This document shows, piece by piece, positions 18,301 through 28,059 of a stretch of 31,598 nt of DNA. This stretch comes from a virus. Its lineage: Duplodnaviria; Caudoviricetes. A model generated the notes under the pieces. That model saw only the letters and a program-made list of their open reading frames with translations, did no database searches and was not told the DNA's origin. The position numbers were made by a program, and so were the translations under genes. Positions within the stretch are counted from its first letter, which is position 1, and each line of letters starts with the position of its first letter. The DNA lies in the IMG/VR virus record IMGVR_UViG_3300017774_006457, positions 1-31,598 of that record. One strand, written 5' to 3'.

Positions 18301-19034
18301 TGAGCATTTGTTGTAAAAGATCTACTGGTTGGAGCGCTACAAGAAGTGTTCAAAGCTTATATGTTGCAATCACTTCTATATCTGCAAAAACTAGTCTTAA
18401 AACAAAATGCGTAAGTAATACTTTACCCGAACATTCTTGGATAACAAATCCACCAAAAACAATTTGTAGTCGAGCTTTTATAAGTACTCATGAACAATCT
18501 TGGTCTGGAGATAGCATTGGCTCTGATTTAATAGATGGATTTATTGTTACTCCTTCTTTTAATTATTCTTATCTTTTAGATGCTTCAACTGGATCTTGGA
18601 CAAATTCATCACCATATTCAATATCAGCTGGAGGATGTTTGAATACAAGTGAAATTACTAATATACAAGTTGTATCTGATAATACAGAATGTTTAAACAA
18701 CAACGGACCAGAATGCTCAAGAACTTTATTTTCTAAAACAGATAATTTTAAAGTAAAGGGTTGGAGTTTAAATGATTATAAAGAAGTGACAAATGGATAT
18801 GAAGTATATTCTTATTTAATAGATATTCAACTTACTTGGGAAGCAAGAGTTAGAGTTTTTGAAACAAAATTAAGTTTATCTAATACAAACCATGATTGTT
18901 GCCCAGATCAAGGAGACAATTTAAGTTATGCTTCTTCGCCTAACACAGATGATACCGCTAATTTAGATTCAATTGTTAATTCTATAAGAACTATGCCGTA
19001 TTTTATGATAGCTCTTATGGCTAATAAAAAATAA
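18300..19034 (+). CDS. Ser/Thr/Cys-rich hypothetical protein
   Basis: 244-aa ORF coupled via TAATG. Confidence 0.7.
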   Translation: MSICCKRSTGWSATRSVQSLYVAITSISAKTSLKTKCVSNTLPEHSWITNPPKTICSRAFISTHEQSWSGDSIGSDLIDGFIVTPSFNYSYLLDASTGSWTNSSPYSISAGGCLNTSEITNIQVVSDNTECLNNNGPECSRTLFSKTDNFKVKGWSLNDYKEVTNGYEVYSYLIDIQLTWEARVRVFETKLSLSNTNHDCCPDQGDNLSYASSPNTDDTANLDSIVNSIRTMPYFMIALMANKK

Positions 19035-19044
19035 AAATCAAATT

Positions 19045-21060
19045 ATGGCAAGGTACGCGCCTCCTAATTTTTCTTACCCACCATATCCATTACCACCCGA
19101 TGAGGGAAGTGGGGTTATTAAACTCATTCCATGCTCATCTGTAGCATGTTCTTTACCACCTAAAAACTGTTATGCATTTGGTTTAATCCCCTACAGAGAA
19201 TGCTATCAAGATGGAAAATGCAAATATTGGTATGAAAATTCTTTTAAAGAACCTATTTGGACAGGTGGAGAAGCAAGCATTTTATGGGAAGATGATCCAA
19301 AAATTGGTGCTTGGATATATAAGATGTCTTTTTCAAGTAATTTTCGTGGTATCAAAGAAAAAACATTAAAACCAGATCCAAATTTTCCTAGTATTGTAAC
19401 TTTTGTATGTAATCAACTCAAAAAAGTTGAAGTTAATAGCACTTGTAAATTCGACCTATATCACAAAAGTTTACCTGTAGTCTATTGGGCTAATAAAAAT
19501 GTGGGAACAACTCCTCCTGAAATGGCAGGAATTATTAATAAATATGGAGGTGCTTTTCTAACAGCAGATAGGCCATACCAACTGTCTTCCATCGACCCGC
19601 GCTATCCTGCCGCTATTAAGATAAGATTATATTCTGATGTTAAAAATTTAACCCCTTACCCTCCTCCCCCACCACCTCCGCCTCCACCACCTCCGCCACC
19701 TCCACCACCTCCACCTCCAGTTGCTTGTTCTAATTTTTACTTATCAAATGTTAGTTGGACAAATGTTGATAATTGGGAAACGGTAACAGGTATAAAATTT
19801 GATAGATCGAAAGGGTTTAGATATATGGGTATTCAAAGATGCCCAAACCGTATAATAGGAGTTGATCCAATTTCTTTCTGCGCGGGTGGCAAAGTAGATC
19901 CTAGTTTTCCATGGCTTCTCGGATGGGTTAAAATGTTGCATTGGTTGGATTCTGATGGAGTTTTACATTACATAAAACCTCGTGAAAATGTTGCTTTAGT
20001 AAACTATGGAGGAGAAAATTCTATAATAAAAAAGTATACTGGAATTGGTACAATAGCACCTTCTAAAGAAGGAATAATGGCAATGTGTAAAAAATATAAA
20101 ATAAAATTTATAGGATCTATATTTAATGAATACTACTGCCGTCAAACAAATGAACAAGTTTTTACGGGAACTATTCAAGAAATTCAAAATGTTGTTGTTC
20201 CACCCCAACCTCCTCCACCTCCTCCCCCGCCTCCACCGCCACCAACTTCGGTTTTTTGTGACTATCCTTTCTTACAATTTGTTAATTGGGCTGGAAAACT
20301 TTCTAATGATGATTTTAGAGACTTAACAGGTAGAGTTTTAAGATCTGCATACGATAGTCCAGGTTTTGCAAATTGTCCCAATTTTATTACGAGGAGTAAA
20401 CTAACTGGACTGTGTCCTGCTCGCCAAATAAGTAATAAATTTCCATGGCTTATTGGATGGGTTAGATATTTACATTGGAGAGATTGGACTTCAAACTTTC
20501 ACGAAGAAAAAACTATTAAACCTATTGCTATAATATATAATGATAACATAAAAAAAGCATTAGGCGATGAAGCTGATGTTTTTTATAAAGATATTAAAAC
20601 ACCTTCTCAAAACGAAATAGAAACAATGTGTAGAGATCTTGGTATAGAATATGTAGGATTTGTGGGTCTTCCAGAAACTTGTACCGCAACTAGACAAAAA
20701 GTATTTTCAGCAGGTATCATACGAATTAAAGTGAATCTAATACCGCCTTGTTGTTTTTGCTCTTCCCCTCCGCCTCTGTCATCTCCACTCCTAATTCCGC
20801 CTACACAAACATCACGAATTTTAAAAACAAGCTATTGCGGAACTCTTGGGTATATAACATACCATCCAAGAGGATTTTTAAATAAACAATATCCAGAAAT
20901 AATTGGTTATGCCATGTGTAGTGGAATGAGAAATGAGTGTCCAATTGTAGAAACTATTGGAGATGCTGCTAAGTTAGCAGGTATTTTTAATTGTGCGTGG
21001 ACTGTATATGGTAAGGAATCAGGAACTCCAACCCTAAGCCTCATTGCTCGTAGTGGATAA
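19045..21060 (+). CDS. Poly-proline-linked multidomain protein with internal domain duplication
   Basis: Two long poly-Pro tracts, each followed by a domain with CPN...C...FPWL(L/I)GWVxxLHW. Confidence 0.8.
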   Translation: MARYAPPNFSYPPYPLPPDEGSGVIKLIPCSSVACSLPPKNCYAFGLIPYRECYQDGKCKYWYENSFKEPIWTGGEASILWEDDPKIGAWIYKMSFSSNFRGIKEKTLKPDPNFPSIVTFVCNQLKKVEVNSTCKFDLYHKSLPVVYWANKNVGTTPPEMAGIINKYGGAFLTADRPYQLSSIDPRYPAAIKIRLYSDVKNLTPYPPPPPPPPPPPPPPPPPPPPVACSNFYLSNVSWTNVDNWETVTGIKFDRSKGFRYMGIQRCPNRIIGVDPISFCAGGKVDPSFPWLLGWVKMLHWLDSDGVLHYIKPRENVALVNYGGENSIIKKYTGIGTIAPSKEGIMAMCKKYKIKFIGSIFNEYYCRQTNEQVFTGTIQEIQNVVVPPQPPPPPPPPPPPPTSVFCDYPFLQFVNWAGKLSNDDFRDLTGRVLRSAYDSPGFANCPNFITRSKLTGLCPARQISNKFPWLIGWVRYLHWRDWTSNFHEEKTIKPIAIIYNDNIKKALGDEADVFYKDIKTPSQNEIETMCRDLGIEYVGFVGLPETCTATRQKVFSAGIIRIKVNLIPPCCFCSSPPPLSSPLLIPPTQTSRILKTSYCGTLGYITYHPRGFLNKQYPEIIGYAMCSGMRNECPIVETIGDAAKLAGIFNCAWTVYGKESGTPTLSLIARSG

Positions 21061-21087
21061 AATCTATTACAGTTTTAAATGATTAAA

Positions 21088-21570
21088 TTATATACATCTC
21101 AAGCGGACTGTCACTATTTTAGGACCCCCACTACCTGGAGTATTCTTTTGTTCGTTACTTAGTGGAGAAAGAGCGCAACCATGCAAAGGTTTGCAGCATG
21201 TTGCACCAGACGTGTTTTTAAGACTATATTCTACCTCTTTTGGTCCAGATATAGGAATTGTAGAACCCACTAGATTTCCATCGTTAGCTGATTTACCACA
21301 TGCTGCACATCCATCATTGACTACCTTTGAGTATTCGTAATATTCTAGCTCAATTTTCTTCTTTTCTTCTACACTTACATTGCATTTACAATTTTCAGGA
21401 GGACATGTATCATTCCCAAAAGGACCAGTTGATGTATTTCCAGTAGAAATATATTCAGTGACACTTTTAACAGGTGTATATTCGGCCTGGCATAGCATAT
21501 AGGTAGAACATGAAGGCGTAGGAGTAGGGGTAGAGGTAGGGGTAGAGGTAGGGGTAGGGGTAGTAGGCAT
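21088..21570 (-). CDS. Pro/Thr-repeat, Cys-rich small protein
   Basis: MPTTPTPTSTPTSTPTPTP N-terminus; 3 nt after the paralogue A2 stop with AGGAG. Confidence 0.7.
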   Translation of the reverse strand: MPTTPTPTSTPTSTPTPTPSCSTYMLCQAEYTPVKSVTEYISTGNTSTGPFGNDTCPPENCKCNVSVEEKKKIELEYYEYSKVVNDGCAACGKSANDGNLVGSTIPISGPKEVEYSLKNTSGATCCKPLHGCALSPLSNEQKNTPGSGGPKIVTVRLRCI

Positions 21571-21573
21571 AAA

Positions 21574-23091
21574 TTAACTCCTTGTTAAGAATTTTTTCAA
21601 TTTTCTAAATTTACGATTTTCATATATAATTTCTGGAATATGTGTTTTTATAATACTACTAATTTTATTTAATATATTATATCTAAAATTTATTTTACTT
21701 TTAATAAGAGCTGAATCAATATCTTCGCTATATGCTCTTCCTGTAGATTTAATAGAACAATCGTAATCTACTAAAACTTTTGTATCTAAAACTTGGGCTT
21801 TTTTATTAATTTCACTAGGAATTATATTCGCGCCGTATGTATATAAACAATTAAATATTTTTTTATCTAATGCGTCTTCTGAAGAATATCCTGTATATAA
21901 AACAGATAAAGTATTATTCACTCCATACTCTTTGCCTCTTCCTAAATCGAATCCAATTATTTCAATAGAAAAATTTACTCCAGAAGGTATAATCCCATTC
22001 CAAGTTCCTGTATTAAAAGTTTTATTTGCGTTATAAAGGCCACTATACAATTTATAAAAATATGTATCTTTTATAGGAGTAGTTTGTTTTAATTCAGAAT
22101 TAGATAAAACTTTATGTAAAGAAGCATCGTCCAATCCATTTTTAGATTCATCAAATTGTATGCCTGTCCATTTTATTTTTTGAGATAAGTATTCTGATCC
22201 TAATTTTAAAGTAGGTAATATAATACCGCTGGGAATTCTCCTATATTGAACAATATTAGAATTAACAAATTTTTGAGTTCCAGTATCAAGATATTTTCCA
22301 GTGAATGGTTGAGCTTTATATACAACTGTATTAGTAAAGCCAGTGGTATAATCATGAGGAGAAATATAACATATTTTTGAATTTACTCCGTTGCCAGTGC
22401 TAATAACTAGTAATCCATCTATTTCTTCTATTCCACTAAAAGTATCGTATGAAGGATTAATTTTTGTAGGAATATTTAATTTATTAAATTGATTTGCAAA
22501 TAATGTATTTGGATATGGTAAATAGTAATTGCCTGTTTTTAAAAAGTTTTTATTAACAGAGGCAATTTTTTCTCCTGTTAAAATATTTTCATGAATAAAA
22601 GTTTTTTGAGAATAGACTCCTTTAAAAGAATTTGAATAACCATTTAAAGTATTTGAATTTGATATACCAGAATTATATGTAAAACGGCTAAAAGAAAGGT
22701 CTTTATCTACACCAGGAATAGAATATAAATCTTTATTTAAATGAAAAGGTTTAAAATAATCATTATTTTCTGGAGAATATGAATATTTATCAGATTTAAA
22801 AAAACTTATCTGACCAAGGAATGGAACTTGAGAATTGTATTCTGAATAATAAAAAGGGTTTTCAGATCCTAATTTAAAAGATTGGTAATTAAAATTATTT
22901 GTTCTTTGCCCTCTTTCTAAAGTTTTTGTTGTAATAAGTGGCTTTGGATTTCTTAATGTGCCAATATTAAAAATATCTAATTTTGAATTTTTTAAATAAG
23001 GGTGAGTAATAGGATTCTGATCAGTAAATTGTATTTCTGAGTCAGATATAATTTGACCAGCTAATCCTAATTTTCGAAAAGATTCTTTCAT
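21574..23091 (-). CDS. Ribozyme-associated hypothetical protein, paralogue A2
   Basis: 505 aa; paralogue of 15682-17379. Confidence 0.85.
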   Translation of the reverse strand: MKESFRKLGLAGQIISDSEIQFTDQNPITHPYLKNSKLDIFNIGTLRNPKPLITTKTLERGQRTNNFNYQSFKLGSENPFYYSEYNSQVPFLGQISFFKSDKYSYSPENNDYFKPFHLNKDLYSIPGVDKDLSFSRFTYNSGISNSNTLNGYSNSFKGVYSQKTFIHENILTGEKIASVNKNFLKTGNYYLPYPNTLFANQFNKLNIPTKINPSYDTFSGIEEIDGLLVISTGNGVNSKICYISPHDYTTGFTNTVVYKAQPFTGKYLDTGTQKFVNSNIVQYRRIPSGIILPTLKLGSEYLSQKIKWTGIQFDESKNGLDDASLHKVLSNSELKQTTPIKDTYFYKLYSGLYNANKTFNTGTWNGIIPSGVNFSIEIIGFDLGRGKEYGVNNTLSVLYTGYSSEDALDKKIFNCLYTYGANIIPSEINKKAQVLDTKVLVDYDCSIKSTGRAYSEDIDSALIKSKINFRYNILNKISSIIKTHIPEIIYENRKFRKLKKFLTRS

Positions 23092-23096
23092 AGTTA

Positions 23097-23158
23097 ATCC
23101 AGTTAGCTCCTCAACAACCTCTGACCTTTTAAGAGATTTTACGTGATTAGCTTACTAA
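23097..23158 (-). ncRNA. Predicted 62-nt circularised exon of ribozyme copy 2
   Basis: Lies between omega-G (23159) and UGGAU site complementary to IGS GUCCA; internal AAUCUCU/AGAGGUU stem; ends pair. Confidence 0.55.
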
Positions 23159-23393
23159 CATTTTGTTAACGCTAAAAAGTTTACTTTTAGCATCTTTACA
23201 TCGCTGTAAAGTTCAGACTATATCTTCCTGCTTTCGCAAGTTTGGGCGCTCATGGGCAATATTATTGTTGGGACTCAATCGCCTAGTCGTTACACCTTAC
23301 AACCTATCTTTCCCAGTTGTCTTGGCTCGGTATTGTCTACTTGAGATTTCCACCGAATTCACCCAAAATGGACTATTTAAATTTAAATGAACT
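23159..23393 (-). ncRNA. Group I intron ribozyme core (IA-like) lacking an upstream exon, copy 2
   Basis: Same core as copy 1 with compensatory changes in P6a, P7.1, P8, P9, P9.1; ends AACAAAAUG. Confidence 0.9.
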
Positions 23394-23401
23394 AAACATC
23401 T

Positions 23402-23461
23402 TTACACATTTTTTAAAAAAAAAGCTTTTTTATTTTTACTTTTTTTTATTTTTTTGTGTAA
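23402..23461. promoter_or_regulatory. Back-to-back GTGTAA promoter motifs separated by A/T tracts
   Basis: TTACAC 23402-23407 and GTGTAA 23456-23461. Confidence 0.65.
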
Positions 23462-23472
23462 TATATTTTGCT

Positions 23473-24027
23473 ATGCCAAATTTAATGCCATTTAGAAATT
23501 ATAGCGAATATGATATTATTAATTTATTTGCATGTTCAGTAGAAGCGACAAAAGGGACATTAGTAAAACCAATACAAAAATTAGAAAAAAATCCTTTAAA
23601 CTTATCTCAAAATGCTCCTGGAGCAATATATTCAAACGCAGTAAATAATTTATTTGAATTGACTGGACAAGTAGAACCTATAGCAAATTATAATGATGTA
23701 CCAACTGCTTTAGGAATTTTATTGTACGACGTAAGAGAAAAAGATGAAAATGGTGAAAAATTAATTTTAAATCCAAGAAAAGCGGCAGAAATGAATGTAG
23801 TACTACCTAAAATACATGCTGCGCCAGTATTAACTAAAGGAATAGTGCTTATAAATGATATAGATGTATCTAATCATGGATCTGGCGGTGGAAATCCATC
23901 TATAGGCGATGCCGCCTATGTAGGTGATGCGGGAAAAATTGCTACAGACGGATTAGTTAAGATTGGAAAATTTTTAAGCCCTATTGATAGTAATGGTTAC
24001 GCTTTAGTAAAAGTAGATTTTGATTAA
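23473..24027 (+). CDS. Hypothetical protein, paralogue B2 (184 aa; start corrected)
   Basis: MPNLMPFRNYSEY aligns with MPNLLPFRDYSEH of B1. Confidence 0.8.
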   Translation: MPNLMPFRNYSEYDIINLFACSVEATKGTLVKPIQKLEKNPLNLSQNAPGAIYSNAVNNLFELTGQVEPIANYNDVPTALGILLYDVREKDENGEKLILNPRKAAEMNVVLPKIHAAPVLTKGIVLINDIDVSNHGSGGGNPSIGDAAYVGDAGKIATDGLVKIGKFLSPIDSNGYALVKVDFD

Positions 24028-25092
24028 TTAAAGTTTCAAATCACCAAAATCTTCATCTTCTATATCTGTTTTTCTTGCGCCAACTTTATAGCTAGAAATC
24101 TCAGTTTCTTGAGGAGCAACTTGTACTTTACTGCTATCTAGATAACTATCATGCCATCCACCAATAGGATTATCTTTTTGGTTGAATATCTTCTTATAAC
24201 CCAAGCTTCTTAGCCTACTATCACAAAGCCACTTAGAGTAGCCATCTAGAACCTCCGCATTTAATCCAAGTAAACTACCATTACTAAACAGATATTGCGA
24301 CCATTCACTTTCATTCTTGGCAGCTTGTTCGTAGAAAGCATAGATTTTGTCTTCACTTTTCTTGACTATACTTGTGAAACCTTCTTTATCTTCATCTCTT
24401 AATATTTTAAGTAGATTTTGACTTACAGCAAAATGCAATGCTTCGTCGCGTTGAATGAATTTTATAATTTTAGAATTGCCTTCCATCTTGCCACGATATC
24501 CAAAATAAAAAGAACAAGCAAAAGAAACATAAAATACAAGTCCTTCCATTACATTAATAGAAAGAATGGCATCAAAAATCTTTTGTTTAGGATCTTTCTT
24601 TTCATCATCACCAAGAATTTTATCAAAGTTATTTCTAATTAACTCAGCGCGACTTGTAATCTCTTTATCTTCCATGATGCTATCAAAAAATTTAGTAGCA
24701 TCTGGATATACATTATTTAATAGATAAGAATATGAATAACTATGAATACCTTCAAATTGTGCCCAAGTATTCATGCAAATCTCAAGTTCTGGATTAGTAA
24801 CGTAATCTTTGAGCGAATGAATACTTCTAGAAAGCATACTATCTCCAAGAGTTTGAAATCTTAAATTACTATCAAATACAAATCTTTCTGTATCAGTTAA
24901 GTTTTTGTAATCGCTTCTATCTTTTCCTAAAGCAATTTCATGAGGCCACCAAAAGTTTTCGTTTTGCTTTTTGAATAATTCAAAGAATATTGGATATTTA
25001 AACCTATCATATCTTTGTAAATTTAAATCTTCTCCAAGAAATAATGGTTGTTTAGTAAAATCGATATTTTTAAAATTTAAAACAGTTTTCAT
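24028..25092 (-). CDS. nrdB: Ribonucleotide reductase class Ia beta subunit
   Basis: FWWPHE, QTLGDS, EGIHSYSY (radical Tyr), MEGLVFY, RDEALH, VAPQETEISSY. Confidence 0.96.
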   Translation of the reverse strand: MKTVLNFKNIDFTKQPLFLGEDLNLQRYDRFKYPIFFELFKKQNENFWWPHEIALGKDRSDYKNLTDTERFVFDSNLRFQTLGDSMLSRSIHSLKDYVTNPELEICMNTWAQFEGIHSYSYSYLLNNVYPDATKFFDSIMEDKEITSRAELIRNNFDKILGDDEKKDPKQKIFDAILSINVMEGLVFYVSFACSFYFGYRGKMEGNSKIIKFIQRDEALHFAVSQNLLKILRDEDKEGFTSIVKKSEDKIYAFYEQAAKNESEWSQYLFSNGSLLGLNAEVLDGYSKWLCDSRLRSLGYKKIFNQKDNPIGGWHDSYLDSSKVQVAPQETEISSYKVGARKTDIEDEDFGDLKL

Positions 25093-25714
25093 TTTTTTCT
25101 ATGTAATATTTAGTGCCATATACTTGCAAATATTTATTATTAATACGACAAAAATCATTAGCAGCTTTTGCTACTCCTGACCAATTCAAATCATCTCCTA
25201 GAATAATTCCATTTGGATTTAATAATTGATAATAATAATTCAAATCAGAAAAAACCTCTTTCTCTGTATGAGCTCCATCAATATAAATTAAATCTGCTTT
25301 TATATTAAATTGATTAAATATTTCATATGAATTTGCAGAAGTGTTTGGTATAGGTATAATTATATCTTGGCAATTATTATGTATGACATTACTTAAGAAT
25401 TGATAATATAATTGAGGATATCCATGTCTTAAATTTAAATGAGTAGTCCAATCTTTAAAATGTTCTGAAGAGCCTAAAAATGTATCTACGCATAAAATTT
25501 TAGTATTTAATTTTAATCTTTTACAAATATTAGACATATGGATAGCAGACGCGCCTTTCCATGTACCAATTTCAATGATAATTGATGGTTTAATTAGTTC
25601 TATTAATGTATTAAATATTGGATTTTGAGAATCCCATCCTTGAAGATCATTATCGTACTCTGGAACATAATTATATATGTTTTTTGTATTAAAAATATTT
25701 TCAAGAATATCCAT
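25070..25714 (-). CDS. Class I SAM-dependent methyltransferase (Methyltransf_24-like)
   Basis: IEIGTWKGAS, CVDTF, YIDGAH, GDD; ATG 25714 follows the nrdA stop. Confidence 0.88.
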   Translation of the reverse strand: MDILENIFNTKNIYNYVPEYDNDLQGWDSQNPIFNTLIELIKPSIIIEIGTWKGASAIHMSNICKRLKLNTKILCVDTFLGSSEHFKDWTTHLNLRHGYPQLYYQFLSNVIHNNCQDIIIPIPNTSANSYEIFNQFNIKADLIYIDGAHTEKEVFSDLNYYYQLLNPNGIILGDDLNWSGVAKAANDFCRINNKYLQVYGTKYYIEKNENCFKF

Positions 25715-25718
25715 AAAA

Positions 25719-27968
25719 TTACAATTTACATGCTCCACTAGCGCAGTCATCTTCTTTTTGTGTCATAGACTGCTCTTTATCTCCATCGTCTGTATTATTA
25801 TAATATAAACTAATTAGTCCAAGACTATAAGCATACATTATTTCTTTCATAACTTTGCTATCTGGTAATATGTGGTTATCATAATGACTATAATTATAAT
25901 ACACATTAGTAGAAATAGCCATATCAATATATTTTTGAATTACTGCATTTATTTTTAATAAGCCTAAATTGTCTTTAAAATCAAAAGCTAATTCATAATT
26001 ATGATCATATTTTCCAATTCCTGGGACCATAACTGGGAGTTTGCCCATTTTGCTTGTTTTATAAGTTATAAGGCTACGAATTGGTTCAACGCCATTTGTG
26101 GATGATTGAATCACAGAGCTACTCTCGCAAGGCATACAAGAAGACAATGTAGAATGTCTTAATCCAAATTCTTTAATATCTTTTCTTAACTTTTCCCAAT
26201 CAAGTGATAGTTTTCTTTTAAATAGTTCATCTACTTTATCTTTGTATGTATCAATAGGTAATATACCTTTAGAATATTTAGTTCTATCAAATTTTTCGCA
26301 CTTGCCTTTTTCTTTGGCTAATTCAATGCTACTCTTTAATAAATAATATTGAAAATGTTCCATCCATTCATCAACTACTGATAATGACTTATCTGAACTA
26401 TATTTCAATTCATTTTTAGCAAGAAAAGCTGCAAGATTGGTAATTCCAACTCCAAGGCTTCTGCGTTTTTTAGCAAAATTTTCAGCAGCAACATTAAAGT
26501 AATCTTGAAGCTCAATGATTTCATCAAGAAATCTTACGATAAGATCGCAGGTCTTTTCAAGATCTTGCCAGTTTTTAATTTCTAGCATATTTACTGCCGA
26601 AAGAATGCACATACCAATCTCCGCTTCTTTATCATTATAATCATTTAATGGAATTGTTGGATGAATAACTTCTGTACAAAGATTACTCATAGTAACCTTG
26701 TCTAACCAAGCTCCATGATTATTTGCATGATCAACATTTAAAATATAAATTCGACCAGTTTCAACTCTCTCTTTAATTATTAGAGAAAATAATTTACGAG
26801 CAGATATTTTCTTCTTAATTTTTAATTTCTTAGATTCACATTCTTTATATACTTTATCAAATTCTTTAGTTCCCCATGCTTCAAAAAGTTCTGGAACTTC
26901 TGAATTATTAAATAAAGTAATGTCTTCATCTTTTAAAACTCTATCGTAGAACAACTTACTCATTCCAACTGTATAATCAAGTTTACGAACTCTATTATCG
27001 TCTGTTCCAGCATTATTTTTTAATACCACAACGTCTTCAATTTCATAATGCCACCATTGAATATTACAAGTTGCACTTCCACCTCTTAATCCATTTTGTT
27101 GCCATGCTTTTACGCTACTCTCGTAGATTTTTAAGAATGGAATTAATCCAGTATGAACTACTTCTCCATTTTTAATAGGAGAACCAATAGCTCTAATCTT
27201 GCTTATATCAATACCTATACCACATCTATTAGCAGTAGCCATACTAACAGCAGTAGCACTAGCAGTAATACTTTCTCTAGTATCATCAACGCCAATCAAA
27301 CAGCAGCTAGCGTAATTTCTGCTAGATGTTCTGACTCCTGCCATTACTGGAGTTGGAAGATTAATCTTATGCTTACTAATAGCATCATAAAATTTTCTTA
27401 CATAATTAAGTCTTGTTTCTGCTGGATATTTTGCAAATGCATAAGCTGCAATAAGTATATAAGCAAATTGTGGAGTTTCATAAATTTTTCCAGTTGTTCT
27501 ATTTTTGATTAAATATTTATCACAAAGTTGTTTGATTCCAGCATAAGTAAAAATATAATCTCTTTCATGATCAATAAACTCACCAATCTTATTAATCTCA
27601 TCTTCAGAATAGTAACTCAAAATACTATCATCGTAAATCTTATTTTTAATACTCTCTTTTAAAAACTCTAAAAGTCTTGGAGCATGTTTTCCTTTCCAAA
27701 CATCTTTTCTTAATTGATAATTTAAAAGTCTACCAGCAACGAATTGATAGTTTGGTTTTTCAATAGAAATTAAATTCGCAGCACTCTCAATCAATAAGTT
27801 GTGTATTTCTTTTGTGCTTACGCCATCTGTAATATTTATCTTAGCATTAATTTCAATATCTGTGAGGCTTACTCCAGAATATCCTTCTATTGCCCAGTTT
27901 ATTACTTTATTAATTTTATCTATGTTAAATTTTTCAGTAGCGTTATTTCTTTTCTTTACATTAATCAT
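25719..27968 (-). CDS. nrdA: Ribonucleotide reductase class Ia alpha subunit with ATP cone
   Basis: VKKRN ATP cone, ASCCL, SNLCTE, MCILS, SLYY, C-terminal CASGAC. Confidence 0.97.
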   Translation of the reverse strand: MINVKKRNNATEKFNIDKINKVINWAIEGYSGVSLTDIEINAKINITDGVSTKEIHNLLIESAANLISIEKPNYQFVAGRLLNYQLRKDVWKGKHAPRLLEFLKESIKNKIYDDSILSYYSEDEINKIGEFIDHERDYIFTYAGIKQLCDKYLIKNRTTGKIYETPQFAYILIAAYAFAKYPAETRLNYVRKFYDAISKHKINLPTPVMAGVRTSSRNYASCCLIGVDDTRESITASATAVSMATANRCGIGIDISKIRAIGSPIKNGEVVHTGLIPFLKIYESSVKAWQQNGLRGGSATCNIQWWHYEIEDVVVLKNNAGTDDNRVRKLDYTVGMSKLFYDRVLKDEDITLFNNSEVPELFEAWGTKEFDKVYKECESKKLKIKKKISARKLFSLIIKERVETGRIYILNVDHANNHGAWLDKVTMSNLCTEVIHPTIPLNDYNDKEAEIGMCILSAVNMLEIKNWQDLEKTCDLIVRFLDEIIELQDYFNVAAENFAKKRRSLGVGITNLAAFLAKNELKYSSDKSLSVVDEWMEHFQYYLLKSSIELAKEKGKCEKFDRTKYSKGILPIDTYKDKVDELFKRKLSLDWEKLRKDIKEFGLRHSTLSSCMPCESSSVIQSSTNGVEPIRSLITYKTSKMGKLPVMVPGIGKYDHNYELAFDFKDNLGLLKINAVIQKYIDMAISTNVYYNYSHYDNHILPDSKVMKEIMYAYSLGLISLYYNNTDDGDKEQSMTQKEDDCASGACKL

Positions 27969-28059
27969 TTCAAAAACTTTCTATTGTAGATGTAAGTAAT
28001 GTTACAGTATTTTTGTATTTTAAAAAAGAAAATAATTAAATCTTATTAACATTTCTGAC

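Noticed and set aside
19660-21570. CCN and GGGGTAGAGGTA repeats as CRISPR or DNA-level repeat elements
   Set aside because: In-frame codon repeats for poly-Pro and Pro-Thr linkers; no repeat-spacer structure
23163-23472. ORF 23163-23390 and the N-terminal extension 23317-23472
   Set aside because: Antisense to the ribozyme and crossing A/T promoter tracts; paralogue alignment places the true start at 23473
25719-27968. Intein or intron in nrdA or nrdB
   Set aside because: Both are uninterrupted and of normal class Ia length
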